The notes under the pieces were generated by a model. It saw only the letters and a program-made list of their open reading frames with translations, ran no database searches and was not told where the DNA came from. Below, piece after piece: positions 50,339-60,855 of a stretch of 64,000 bases of DNA. Positions within the stretch are counted from its first letter, which is position 1; the number at the start of each line of letters is the position of its first letter. The stretch is from Nakamurella sp. (GTDB lineage Bacteria; Actinomycetota; Actinomycetes; Mycobacteriales; Nakamurellaceae), in NCBI GenBank assembly GCA_017882715.1, contig JADGOY010000002.1:10682-74681 (forward strand). Reading direction: 5' to 3'. Position numbers and translations under genes: made by a program.

Positions 50339-50513
50339 CTCGCTGACTTGGCACCCTCGCGAAGGGGATTGTCCTGATCGGACGGCCCACGTCGAGCGTA
50401 TCGCGTCGCTGAGGCCCGGGATTCGGCGGGGCGGGGACCGGACTCGAACTCACCCGCCCCGCCGGTTGACACCGGAACTCGGCGATTTCGGTGGGGCTTG
50501 GCCGTGGGCGAGA

Positions 50514-50801
50514 TCACCGACTCGAAACGCCTTGCAGCGCCCGCATGAGGAGCACGCCGGCACCGGCCATCGTCAGCAACCCAGCGATCACAACGACAAC
50601 CCCGACGGCGACGAGTCCCAGCGTCACGATCAATCCGATGATCACAACGACCGCGCCGAGCAGCAGCACGCCACCGGCGATCCGCACCCGATGACGACGG
50701 ACGCGACCAACGGTGACCTTTGCCGCGAATTTCGGGTCGTCACGGCTGAGCGACTGCTCGATTTCGTCGAGCCTGCGCTGTTCGTCCCTGGAAAGCGGCA
50801 C
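50514..50801 (-). CDS. DUF3040 family membrane protein
   Basis: MPLS.DEQRRLDEIEQSL..DDPKFA followed by two TM helices; AAGGAA RBS. Confidence 0.88.
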   Translation of the reverse strand: MPLSRDEQRRLDEIEQSLSRDDPKFAAKVTVGRVRRHRVRIAGGVLLLGAVVVIIGLIVTLGLVAVGVVVVIAGLLTMAGAGVLLMRALQGVSSR

Positions 50802-50958
50802 GATTCCTTCTCACGGCCAGGACTGAGCTGGACGCCCCAATGTTACGGCCGAAGCACAACACCCTAGTGCGCGGACAGGACGGGGCCGAGTGGGATGACC
50901 TGGTGATCTCCCCTAGTAGAGCGCCGCCCGTCCGGCAGAACGGCGGACCGGCTCCGGG

Positions 50959-51396
50959 TCAGGCAAGCGCCGCGTCCAGCGTGATCTCCACACCTGTCAG
51001 GGCCTTGGATACTGGACAGGTCTCCTTCGCTGTCTGCGCGGCTTTCGCAAAGCCGGAGCCGTCCAGACCCTCCACTTGGCCCCGGACGGTCAACGCGATC
51101 CCGGTCAGCCGAAGACCGCCCGCAGGGTCCGGGCCCAAGCCCACGACTGCCTCCGCGACCAGGCTATGAACGGTGCCGCCGACCTCCCCGATCACCGCGG
51201 AGAGTTCCATGCAATAACAGGCGGTGTGTGCAGCGGCGATCAATTCCTCAGGGCTGGTCACCCCGCCGGCCGTATCGGCCGCGCGGCGCGGGAAGGACAC
51301 GTCGAAGGTCCCGACACCGGAGCTGACGAGCTCCACCTGACCGGACCCATCGTTGAGCCCACCGCTCCACTGCGTCCGTGCGATGCGTGACGGCAT
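50959..51396 (-). CDS. osmC: OsmC family peroxiredoxin
   Basis: W.G.L.DGSG, SPEELIAAAH.AC, AKETCPVSKAL. Confidence 0.88.
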   Translation of the reverse strand: MPSRIARTQWSGGLNDGSGQVELVSSGVGTFDVSFPRRAADTAGGVTSPEELIAAAHTACYCMELSAVIGEVGGTVHSLVAEAVVGLGPDPAGGLRLTGIALTVRGQVEGLDGSGFAKAAQTAKETCPVSKALTGVEITLDAALA

Positions 51397-51832
51397 GCCA
51401 TCTCCTATTCTCTGGCGGGCCCTCGGAGGTGCGGAGGGACGTTGGCAGTTGGCCGACCCACGTCCGCGCCGCAACGTCGGATGCGGACAACCCACGCCAC
51501 GATAGTGCTCAGCCTGGACGATCTCTCACCCGGCATTCGGGCCTGGGCCAGGGGTCGAAGGTGAGGCTGAGCGTGGCGCGATTCCCCTGGTGAGTTACCC
51601 GCGCTGGTGGTGCGCAAACGAAGAGAGAGAGAGCGAGAGTGAGAGAGAGAACGGCGAAGGGCGCGGTGCCGTCCCTCTGGTGGATCCGTGGCGGTAATGA
51701 CTCACGCCGCGGGTCCATCAACGGACGGCCCGGCCCGCACCGACCTTGGCCCGGCCGCTCCGGCTCGCACCTCCCGACCCGCACCTCCCGACCCGCACCG
51801 GCCGGCACCGAGCCAGCACCGCACGAACATCG

Positions 51833-54307
51833 TCAGGTGAGCTGACCCATCATCCGGACCGCCTGTCCGAAGGTCATGTTGGGCAGGTAGGCATGGGAGA
51901 TGCCCAACCCGATCCGGGGCAGCACGGCCGCCTCCGGGTAGCACATGAACATTGGCTGGTAGACCGGCTGGAACTTCGCCTTGAACTTGAGCAAGGACCG
52001 GAAGCCGTAGACGGGCTCCATCGTCTTGCCCACGACCTCCAGCAGTTTCTGGATCCCGGCCTGCTCTTCGCCGGGGTTGGCCTGGGCCAGCGGCGCGCCG
52101 GACAGGCTGACGAACTCGGCGCCCTCCTTCTGGAGATCGAGCGCGGCGGTGCCGATCAGGAACTCCATGACCCCCTTGAAACCCTCGCTGCGCCGGCGCA
52201 TGAAGTCCAGGGTCCAACCCACCGCGACCCCGTCCCGGTAGCACGGCATCCAGCTGGTGATTCCGTGAATGGTGCGCTCGGTGTCGATCGCGATCAGGCA
52301 CCGCACAGCCGGGTCGTTGAGCTCGTCGAGGCCGCCCAGGGTGAAGCCCATCTCCGGCAACGCCTTGTCGGATACCCACTCTTCGGAGATCGCCTGGATC
52401 TGATCCCGGATTGACAACGGCGCCGCCGGGTAACTGATCCACTCGGCCGTGATGCCGCCCTTGCCCGCCCGGCTGATCGAGGTGCGGATGTCCTGGAACT
52501 TCTTGCCGGTGAACGCCAGCTTGCCCAACGGCAGCACCGTTTCCTCCGCAACCTGCAGACTCGGCCAGCCCAGAGTGTCGGTCACCTCACGCACCGCGTC
52601 GGTCGTGCTGTACAGGCACGGGGTCCAGCCCTCGGTGTTGCAGTAGGCCACGAACTCCGGGACCACACGGTCCAGGTCCTCCGGCGGCCCGACCGGATCG
52701 CCGGTGGTGATCGCGACCCCGCCCTCTACTCGATATGCGACGAACGACCCGCCGTCAGAGGAGAACCAGTAGCTGTTGCCGTCCCATGTCGTCAGGTAGG
52801 ACAGCGCGGTGATCCCGTTCTGCTCCAGGATCGCGCGCGCCTTGATCCGGTCCTCGGCCGCGCTGTCGACCCGGGCGGCCACGAAGCTGCGCAACAGTCC
52901 GCCCAGGATGACCGCCCACACGACGACCGGCGTCCAGTCGGTCAGGAAGTTGGCAAACCAGGACTGGGCATCGAGCGGCGCCTGGACGATGTACAGGTAG
53001 CCGTTCGGCAACAACCGGGTCGGGAAGTCCACCACCAACTGTCCGACCGTCGCGCTCGGCGTGAACTGATTGGCGATCGCGATGCCGATCACCACGTACA
53101 GCACCCAGATTCCCGCGATCAGGCCGACGACAACCAGCGCGAGCCGGCGGTAGACGCCGATCGGAGCCTGCACCGTGAACGATCGTCGGGTCGCCAGCAG
53201 CATGGCTATGATCACCAAGGGGAGCAGCACGAGCGGCAGCAGCCATGTGACGTAGTTGAAACCCTCGTCCAGCTGATCGTTGTCGACGGCCCACTCGTAA
53301 TACGAGATGCCATAGGTGGTTCCGACCACGAGCAGGACCACGTGCAGCACGAAAGCCGCCCACCACGCGAAGCGACGCCCTCTGCGCAGACCCGCCGCCA
53401 GCACCAGCACCAGCAGGGCGGGCACCAGGCCGATGACGACATCGGCGGCATCCCGGCTGGTGTCGCCCAGTACCGCCTGCCCGATGTAGAGATCGGCCAA
53501 TGCGGAAAACGGTCCCTCGACCTCACCCGTGATGGCGATCAGGATCGGTCCCAGGGCGGTCGCGGCGATCACCATGGCGACCAGTACTCGGGTCTCCCGC
53601 CTGCTCGAGTGGATGACCAGGTGACGCTCACCGGTGTGCAGGAACAACGCACCGACCAGCAGACCGACGATGGCGGTGCTCAACCGCAGGACGTCCTGGA
53701 GTTGCCCGCCGTACAGGAGGGCCACCAGGCAGAGCGTGAGCACAGTGAGCCGGATCCGGCGGCGCCACAGCGCGGACAGACCGCCGCTGAACGCCATCAG
53801 CAGGCCCGCGACCAGCGGAGTCGCACCGACGGTGAAATCCAGTGCCAGGTAGTTGGACCACTCACCGTGGAACACATTATTGGACAGCGCTACCACCCCG
53901 ACGCCGGCAGCGACGCCGAGGACCTGGATCACCGCGGTCAGCCACAGCATGCGAATGCTTCCCCACCGGCGCTCGACCAGGCTGCCGACGATCAGCACGA
54001 GCACGGTGACCAGCACATAGGTCACAAGATCCGTAGCGAAGAAGGCGGCCGTGAGCGGGGTCCACCAGTAGCCAGCGCTGAACGGCGGAACGCCAGCGCC
54101 CACATGGAACTGCAGGTCGTCGTTGGCCCCTTCGGGAAGGCTGCCGGTCAACGCTCCGGCGACCCACATGATGATCACGATGGCCAGCGTCACCGGCGAG
54201 CGGCTGGCGTGACGAATCTGCGCGACCGCGAACGAGGCCACGGCGTCCGAGTACTTCATCACGGACGATGGCGGCTTCTCGGCGGCTTGTTGTGTCGGCG
54301 CACTCAT
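51833..54307 (-). CDS. MprF/LysX-type aminoacyl-phosphatidylglycerol synthase domain protein (DUF2156) with rhomboid-like N-terminal membrane region
   Basis: Multi-TM N-terminus; GDPVG, EMGFTLG, LDFMRR, SLSGAPLA, YGFRSLLKFKAKFQP; no lysyl-tRNA ligase domain. Confidence 0.85.
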   Translation of the reverse strand: MSAPTQQAAEKPPSSVMKYSDAVASFAVAQIRHASRSPVTLAIVIIMWVAGALTGSLPEGANDDLQFHVGAGVPPFSAGYWWTPLTAAFFATDLVTYVLVTVLVLIVGSLVERRWGSIRMLWLTAVIQVLGVAAGVGVVALSNNVFHGEWSNYLALDFTVGATPLVAGLLMAFSGGLSALWRRRIRLTVLTLCLVALLYGGQLQDVLRLSTAIVGLLVGALFLHTGERHLVIHSSRRETRVLVAMVIAATALGPILIAITGEVEGPFSALADLYIGQAVLGDTSRDAADVVIGLVPALLVLVLAAGLRRGRRFAWWAAFVLHVVLLVVGTTYGISYYEWAVDNDQLDEGFNYVTWLLPLVLLPLVIIAMLLATRRSFTVQAPIGVYRRLALVVVGLIAGIWVLYVVIGIAIANQFTPSATVGQLVVDFPTRLLPNGYLYIVQAPLDAQSWFANFLTDWTPVVVWAVILGGLLRSFVAARVDSAAEDRIKARAILEQNGITALSYLTTWDGNSYWFSSDGGSFVAYRVEGGVAITTGDPVGPPEDLDRVVPEFVAYCNTEGWTPCLYSTTDAVREVTDTLGWPSLQVAEETVLPLGKLAFTGKKFQDIRTSISRAGKGGITAEWISYPAAPLSIRDQIQAISEEWVSDKALPEMGFTLGGLDELNDPAVRCLIAIDTERTIHGITSWMPCYRDGVAVGWTLDFMRRRSEGFKGVMEFLIGTAALDLQKEGAEFVSLSGAPLAQANPGEEQAGIQKLLEVVGKTMEPVYGFRSLLKFKAKFQPVYQPMFMCYPEAAVLPRIGLGISHAYLPNMTFGQAVRMMGQLT

Positions 54308-54488
54308 GCGACCTACCCCACTCTGTTCGGTGAATCCGAACCCCCCCGGTGATCGTCTCACGGTCGGTTGAGCGGCATCGGCCGAGTCCGACGCGCACAT
54401 GCCGCGATTCTTCAGGAGTCATGGTGTTGGTCGGCCTGATCATCATGATCGTTCCCAACCTTGCTGTGGACCAGGTCGCCGACGCCAC

Positions 54489-54938
54489 TCAGATCCGCCG
54501 CAGCGAGGGCCAACTGCTCGCGAACCCTGGATGCAGGGCGAACGTGGGCACATCGCGCTCGGCCACCCACCGCAGCTCCGCGCTCTCCGCATTCGGCACG
54601 ATTCGCAGCGGCCCGATGACGTCGGCGATGACGGTCGTGTACGCCCACCCACCGTGGTCGTCCTGCCATTGACCGACCACTTCCACAGCTGCATCGTCGA
54701 TGCCGGCCTCCTCGTGGGCCTCCCGGAGCGCCGCCTGGACCACCGATTCGTGGCTGTCCCTGGCCCCACCCGGCACCGCCCAGGTTCCCCCATCACTGGT
54801 CCACACCGCGCGATGCTGCAGCAGGACGACCGCGGCATCCGGGGTGTCCCGCCGCAGGAGAAGCCCCGCGGCGCCGTGCCGACCCCAGTGCCGGTGTCCC
54901 AACGCACATCGGGTCCACCCGTTGCCGTCGCCGCGCAC
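54489..54938 (-). CDS. Nudix hydrolase
   Basis: HWGRHGAAGLL, GTWAVPGGARDSHES...AALREAHEEAG. Confidence 0.9.
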   Translation of the reverse strand: MRGDGNGWTRCALGHRHWGRHGAAGLLLRRDTPDAAVVLLQHRAVWTSDGGTWAVPGGARDSHESVVQAALREAHEEAGIDDAAVEVVGQWQDDHGGWAYTTVIADVIGPLRIVPNAESAELRWVAERDVPTFALHPGFASSWPSLRRI

Positions 54939-54948
54939 GCCAGCCTCC

Positions 54949-55737
54949 TCAGCTCGACGAACGAATGATCAACTCGGGGGCGAAGATCGTCGGCGGGCTG
55001 GTTGTGCGGTCACCCGACATCTGCTCGAGCAGGATCACGCCCGCGGTGCGCGCCATCTCCACGATGGGATTGACCACCGTGGTCAGCGGCGGATCGGTGG
55101 CGGCCGCGACAGCGCCGTCGTCATACCCGACCAGCGCGACATCCGTGGGAACCGCCAGCCCGCGGGCCTTGAGCACTCCTGGCGCACCGACGGCCATCAG
55201 GTCGGACGCCACGAAGTTGGCGTCGACATCCGGATGGTTGGACAGCAGCCGTTCCGTCGCCGCGACCTACCGGGGGTGGTGAAGTCCCCGTATTCGACGG
55301 CGTCGGCCGGCAGACGGTCCGCAGTCAGCGCCGAGCGCCAGCCGGCGAGCCGGTCGTGCGAGGAGGTCATGTCCGGCGGACCGGCGACCGTCCCGATCCT
55401 CCGCCTGCCCCGCCCGAGCAGGTGCAACATGGCCAGTTCCCCGGCGTGTTCGTTGTCGGTGTCGACATAGCTGAGCCGGTCGGGCATGTTCCATGGCCGA
55501 CCCACGAAAACGCTGGGCAACGACGCGTCCACCAGAGCCCTCTCGATCGTCCGACCTGTGGTGGGACACCACCACCGCCCCGTCGACGTGTCCGAACCGC
55601 AGGTACCGGATCGCCCTGTCGGCGCTGTCGGCGAGCCTGGCCATCAACAACACCAGCTGAATGTCGGTGTCGCCCAGTGCCTGCGAGAGCCCCTGGATCG
55701 CGGCCGCGAAATGTCCGTCATCTGACGCGCGGGCCAC
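54949..55737 (-). pseudogene. LacI family regulator, frameshifted and lacking N-terminal HTH
   Basis: Three frames: GLSQALGDTDIQLVL..GHVDGAVVVSHH / YVDTDNEHAG..HLL.RGRRRIGTVAGPPDM / ASDLMAVGA..VP.DVALVGYDD...PPLTTV. Confidence 0.85.
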
Positions 55738-55896
55738 CGACCGGCGGAACGCCGGCTGTCGCGAGTTCGGACGGACGGGACCGCGTCCCGTCCGGCCCGT
55801 GGCCAGTCCGGCCCACCACAGTCGACTTCACCTGCAGAGCATCGGCGGGCGCCGGGTGAAAGTCCAGGCCGACCCCCGATGTGCGGCCTGCGACGC

Positions 55897-56150
55897 TCAT
55901 CCTTTGACCGCTCCCTGCATGATTCCGGCGACGAGTTGCTTGCCGGCCACGACGAACAGGATCAGCAACGGGATCGTCGACAGCACGACGCCGGCGAGCA
56001 CGATCGAATAGTCCACATAGTGCGCCGCCTGCAGCAATTGCAGTGCCACCGGCAGGGTGGGGCTGTTGGGATCCAACACGATGAACGGCCAGAAGAAGTT
56101 GGTCCAGGTCGGCACGAAGGTCACAATCCCAACATGGCGGCGGCCGGGCC
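55897..56150 (-). pseudogene. Carbohydrate ABC permease C-terminal fragment
   Basis: TFVPTWTNFFWPFIVL...PTLPVALQLL...GKQLVAGIMQGAVKG; N-terminal two-thirds absent. Confidence 0.85.
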
Positions 56151-56789
56151 GGGCCGCGGTCAGGCCAAGGAGCCAGAAGCATCGGATCATCGACGCGCGC
56201 TCGACTCCGACGCGATCATCGACAGGCGAAGGCTGCTCGTCCGCGTCACCTTGTCAGGACGGCGTGGGGACCTGGACCACCAGCTACGTCGCCCGGGTGC
56301 CGTCACTGCAGAACGCCGAGCCGCCGCACCGCTGGTGTTCGTTGACCTCCGGCGCCACGGGCACGTCAGCCGCAACGCATACGCGCCGGCGCTGGACAGC
56401 ACCGCCGACGCCGTCAACCGCTACGGCGCCGACACCGCCGGCGCTCACCTGCTGGACCGAACCTGAGCCAGCCGACGATCCAGAGCGACCGGACCGGCCA
56501 TGACGTCCAGGGAAGAGCACTCGACCCGTCGTCCGGACGGATGGACGTGTTGTCATCCGCTCCACGATCGTGATTGCATGACACGAACCGGGCGTTACTA
56601 CAGAAGTCAGGTTGCTCCTTTGGTGGCGGGAACCAGGAGCAGCACCGCACCCCGCACCCACCGAAACACAGCATCACACATCCGCGGCGACGTGACCGCG
56701 GTCATGCTGCCCACCAACAAGAGCCAGGCTAGGGTCAAGTCACGCTCGGACCGAGCCTTCACGCAGACCGCCGGACCTGAGGGGTTCTC

Positions 56790-57122
56790 ATGCCCATATC
56801 TGCCGAACTACAGGCGCTTCAGCGCGCAATTGCCGATTTGCGATCGGGTGTCAACTCGTTGGCCCGCAATCATGGGGAACTCCCGATTGTCGCCAGGCTT
56901 CGCAATGATCTCGAGCGGCTGATCCTCGATGTCGCTGACGTGGAGGCATTGTCGCCGGCAACCTGGGGTGCTCCCGTCATGGCGGGTGGGGTGCCGGCAG
57001 CGCCGCCCACCGTTTACCAGGTCAGCGACGAGCCTTACGACCCGTCGCTCTGGCGTGACGATGCCGACGACGAGGGCGTCGGTGGGTATCACGGCGGCGG
57101 CTACACCGGTAAGAAGCGGTGA
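56790..57122 (+). CDS. Sdh1-operon small accessory protein (Rv0250c-like)
   Basis: L..AI.DLR..V..L...HG..P.V.RL.ND.ERL, D.PYD.SLW.D.DDEGVGG; coupled to downstream gene. Confidence 0.75.
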   Translation: MPISAELQALQRAIADLRSGVNSLARNHGELPIVARLRNDLERLILDVADVEALSPATWGAPVMAGGVPAAPPTVYQVSDEPYDPSLWRDDADDEGVGGYHGGGYTGKKR

Positions 57123-57904
57123 CCGGGGTCAGCGCTCCGGGGCGGGCGCGACTCGGGGTACGGACGCTCCGAGAGGACCGTTGGTGGCTCGCCCCACTGG
57201 CGACCTTCGTCGGGCTGTTCCTCTTCGTGGTCTACGCGACGTTCCGGGCCTTCCAGGGCGCGTACTACTACTTCGAGCCTTACCTCTCGCCGTTCTATTC
57301 GCCGTGTCTGACCACCGATTGCGTGCCGGGGTCCAGTGACTTCGGGCAGCCGATCAGCTGGTGGCCGCTGTCCCCGGCACTCGTCATCCTGATCTTCCCG
57401 CTGGGTTTCCGGCTGACCTGCTACTACTACCGGAAGGCCTACTACCGGTCGTTCTGGTTCTCCCCGCCGGCCTGCGCCGTCGCCGAACCACACAGGTCGT
57501 ACACCGGCGAGACGCGCTTCCCGCTCATCCTGCAGAACATCCACCGGTACTTCTGGTACTTCGCGATGATCTTCGGGGTCATCCTGAGCTACGACGCGAT
57601 CCTGGGATTCCGTAACCCGCAGGGCCAGTGGGGCCACATGGGCCTCGGCACTGTCATCCTGTTGATCAACGCAGCGCTGATCTGGCTGTACGCGCTGTCC
57701 TGCCACTCGTGCCGGCACATCATGGGCGGCAAGCTCAAGCACTTCTCCCGTCACCCCCGCCGATACTGGATGTGGCAACAGATCTCGAAACTGAACGGCC
57801 GGCACATGCTGCTGGCCTGGGTGTCACTGATCTGGCTGGTCGTCGCCGACTTCTACATCACCCTGCTGGCACACGGCACCATCAGCGATCTTCGTTTCTT
57901 CTGA
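57119..57904 (+). CDS. Sdh1-type membrane anchor (Rv0249c-like)
   Basis: RTLREDRWW, PFYSPC, FRLTCYYYRKAYYRSF, SCHSCRH. Confidence 0.9.
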   Translation: MTGVSAPGRARLGVRTLREDRWWLAPLATFVGLFLFVVYATFRAFQGAYYYFEPYLSPFYSPCLTTDCVPGSSDFGQPISWWPLSPALVILIFPLGFRLTCYYYRKAYYRSFWFSPPACAVAEPHRSYTGETRFPLILQNIHRYFWYFAMIFGVILSYDAILGFRNPQGQWGHMGLGTVILLINAALIWLYALSCHSCRHIMGGKLKHFSRHPRRYWMWQQISKLNGRHMLLAWVSLIWLVVADFYITLLAHGTISDLRFF

Positions 57905-57926
57905 CAGCCATGGAGGCCTTTACCGC

Positions 57927-59906
57927 ATGTCCGACCACGAGGAACACCGGTACGACGTCCTGATCGTCGGGGCCGGTGGGGCCGGCCTGCGCGCAGCCAT
58001 CGCCGCCCGCGAGGAAGGGCTGCGCGTAGCGATCATCTGCAAGTCGCTGTTCGGCAAGGCGCACACGGTGATGGCCGAGGGCGGCATCGCCGCATCGATG
58101 GGCAACGTCAACTCCAACGACAGTTGGCAGGTGCATTTCCGCGACACCATGCGCGGCGGCAAGTTCCTGAACATTCCCCGGATGGCCGAACTGCACGCCC
58201 AGGAAGCCCCGCAGCGAGTGTGGGAGCTGGAGACCTACGGCGCGCTGTTCGACCGCACCCCGGACGGCCGGATCAGCCAGCGGAACTTCGGCGGCCACGA
58301 GTACCCGCGGCTCGCGCATGTCGGCGACCGCACCGGCCTGGAGCTGATCCGCACGCTCCAGCAGAAGATCGTCTCGCTGCGCCAAGCGGAGGAACTGGCC
58401 GCCGTCGGAGCGGATGCGGCGGCGGGCGGCGGGCACGAGACTCTGGACGACACAGACGCGGGCCTGCGGGTTTTCGCGGAGGTCACCATCACCGAACTGC
58501 TGACCGATGGCTCCGGTGCCATTGCCGGGGCGTTCGGCTATCGGCGGGAGACCGGCACCTTCATCGTCTTCCGGGCGCCTGCGGTCATCCTGGCCACCGG
58601 CGGCATCGGGAAGTCGTTCAAGGTGACGAGCAACTCCTGGGAGTACACCGGTGACGGCCACGCCCTGGCCCTGCGCGCCGGTTCCACGCTGATCAACATG
58701 GAGTTCGTCCAGTTCCACCCGACGGGAATGGTCTGGCCGCCATCGGTCAAAGGCATCCTGGTCACCGAATCGGTGCGCGGTGACGGCGGTGTGCTGCGCA
58801 ACTCCGAGGGCAAACGCTTCATGTTCAACTACGTCCCGGAGATCTTCCGGGCCAAGTACGCCGACACCGAGGAGGAAGGCGACCGCTGGTACGCCGACCC
58901 CGAGAACAACCTGCGTCCGCCGGAACTACTGCCACGTGACGAAGTGGCCAGGGCGATCAACTCGGAGGTCAAGGCCGGCCGGGGCACCGAGCACGGCGGG
59001 GTGTTCCTGGACGTGTCCACCCGGCTGCCGGCGGACGTGATCATCAAGAAGTTGCCCTCGATGCACCACCAGTTCTACGAACTGGCCGACGTCGATATCA
59101 CCAAACAGGCGATGGAGGTCGGACCCACCTGTCACTACGTGATGGGCGGGGTCGAGGTGGATCCTGACACCGCCGCCGCGAGAAATGTTCCCGGCCTGTT
59201 CGCGGCCGGCGAGGTGTCCGGTGGGATGCACGGCTCGAACCGGTTGGGCGGCAACTCGCTGTCCGATCTGCTGGTGTTCGGCCGCCGGGCCGGCGTCGGC
59301 GCCGCCGAGTACGTGCGCGGACTGGGCGACTCCGTACCCGAGATTCAAGACGGGGCACTGGATGTCGCGGCGAACGAGGCACTCGCGCCGTTCCAGCCGC
59401 CGGCCGACGGCGGGATCGGCGAGAACCCCTACACAATCCACCGCGAGCTACAGGAGGTGATGAACGACCTGGTCGGCATCATCCGCCGGGAGGACGAGGT
59501 CCAGCGGGCGCTGGAAGCCATCGACGCGCTGAAGCTCCGAGTGCCCGGCGTGAGCGTCGAGGGGCACCGGCAGTTCAACCCGGGCTGGCATCTCGCGTTG
59601 GATCTGCGCAACATGCTGCTGGTCAGCGAATGCGTGGCGCGGGCGGCATTGCTCCGTCAGGAAAGTCGCGGCGGCCACACCCGCGACGACTACCCGGGGA
59701 TGAACTCGCAGTGGCGGCGCAAGCTGCTCGTATGCTCCATCAACGACGGTGATGCCGCCGAGCCCGCCGGCATCACCGTGACCGAGGAGCCGTCGCCGGT
59801 GATCCGGGAGGACCTGCTCGCACTGTTCGACCGCAGCGAGTTGGAGAGTTACCTCACCGCGGATGAGCTGCCCGCCGACACCACCGCCTCGGGAGGCGCG
59901 ACATGA
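57927..59906 (+). CDS. sdhA: Succinate dehydrogenase/fumarate reductase flavoprotein (Sdh1 type)
   Basis: GAGGAG, AHTVMAEGG (FAD His), QFHPTG, HYVMGG, HGSNRLGGNSL, ESRGGH. Confidence 0.95.
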   Translation: MSDHEEHRYDVLIVGAGGAGLRAAIAAREEGLRVAIICKSLFGKAHTVMAEGGIAASMGNVNSNDSWQVHFRDTMRGGKFLNIPRMAELHAQEAPQRVWELETYGALFDRTPDGRISQRNFGGHEYPRLAHVGDRTGLELIRTLQQKIVSLRQAEELAAVGADAAAGGGHETLDDTDAGLRVFAEVTITELLTDGSGAIAGAFGYRRETGTFIVFRAPAVILATGGIGKSFKVTSNSWEYTGDGHALALRAGSTLINMEFVQFHPTGMVWPPSVKGILVTESVRGDGGVLRNSEGKRFMFNYVPEIFRAKYADTEEEGDRWYADPENNLRPPELLPRDEVARAINSEVKAGRGTEHGGVFLDVSTRLPADVIIKKLPSMHHQFYELADVDITKQAMEVGPTCHYVMGGVEVDPDTAAARNVPGLFAAGEVSGGMHGSNRLGGNSLSDLLVFGRRAGVGAAEYVRGLGDSVPEIQDGALDVAANEALAPFQPPADGGIGENPYTIHRELQEVMNDLVGIIRREDEVQRALEAIDALKLRVPGVSVEGHRQFNPGWHLALDLRNMLLVSECVARAALLRQESRGGHTRDDYPGMNSQWRRKLLVCSINDGDAAEPAGITVTEEPSPVIREDLLALFDRSELESYLTADELPADTTASGGAT

Positions 59907-60661
59907 GCCGCAACGCAAAGTTCCGGGTGTGGCGCGGCGACGCGGCGGGCGGTGAGTTGCACGATTACACCGTCGAGGTCAACGAGGGCGAGGTCGTGCT
60001 CGACATCATCCACCGCCTGCAGGCGACCCAGGCCGGCGACCTGGCTGTGCGCTGGAACTGTAAGGCCGGCAAATGCGGTTCGTGCAGCGCGGAGATCAAC
60101 GGCCGGCCCCGGCTGCTGTGCATGACCCGGATGTCCACATTCACCGATGACGAGGTCATCACCGTGACTCCGATGCGCTCGTTCCCGGTGATCCGCGACC
60201 TGGTGACGGACGTGTCGTTCAACTATCAGAAGGCACGGCAGATTCCGGCGTTCGCGCCGCCGCCGGACCTCGCACCGGGTGAATACCGGATGCAACAGGT
60301 CGATGTCGAACGGTCGCAGGAATTCCGCAAATGCATCGAATGTTTCCTGTGCCAGAACGTCTGTCACGTGGTGCGCGACCACGAGGAGAACAAGACGGCC
60401 TTCTCCGGCCCGCGGTTCTTCATCCGGGCCGCCGAGTTGGACATGCACCCGCTGGACGCACGCACCGATCGCCGCGAATTCGCCCAGGCGGAGCAGGGCA
60501 TCGGCATGTGCAACATCACCAAGTGCTGCACCGAGGTCTGCCCCGAGCACATCAAGATCACCGACAACGCCATCATCCCGATGAAGGAGCGGGTGGTCGA
60601 TCGCAAGTACGACCCGCTGGTGTGGTTGGGCAACAAGCTGTTCCGGCGCGGCAACGACTGA
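59903..60661 (+). CDS. sdhB: Succinate dehydrogenase iron-sulfur subunit
   Basis: CKAGKCGSC, CIECFLCQNVC, CNITKCCTEVCP. Confidence 0.95.
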   Translation: MSRNAKFRVWRGDAAGGELHDYTVEVNEGEVVLDIIHRLQATQAGDLAVRWNCKAGKCGSCSAEINGRPRLLCMTRMSTFTDDEVITVTPMRSFPVIRDLVTDVSFNYQKARQIPAFAPPPDLAPGEYRMQQVDVERSQEFRKCIECFLCQNVCHVVRDHEENKTAFSGPRFFIRAAELDMHPLDARTDRREFAQAEQGIGMCNITKCCTEVCPEHIKITDNAIIPMKERVVDRKYDPLVWLGNKLFRRGND

Positions 60662-60734
60662 CCCGGCACCTGCTCGTCCCGTCATTCTGTGTACGACATT
60701 CATGACGCGGCCGTGCACCCAACCTGCGGACTTA

Positions 60735-60800
60735 TACTCCGCGTCCTGGAGTCCGCGGCAAGGCTTCAGGAGGTCGTTCCGGATGCGGTCATGGTTGGTG
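60735..60800 (+). pseudogene. N-terminal stub resembling an AbiEii-type nucleotidyltransferase
   Basis: ILRVLESAARLQEVVPDAVMVG ends where a VGG.A motif is expected; recognised from memory only. Confidence 0.4.
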
Positions 60801-60855
60801 CAGGTCGGATCACTGCAGGTCGATCACTGCAGGTCGATCACTGCAGGTCGATCAC
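60799..60855. repeat. 14-bp tandem repeat x4 overlapping quinone reductase stop codon
   Basis: TGCAGGTCGGATCAC followed by (TGCAGGTCGATCAC)3. Confidence 0.9.
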
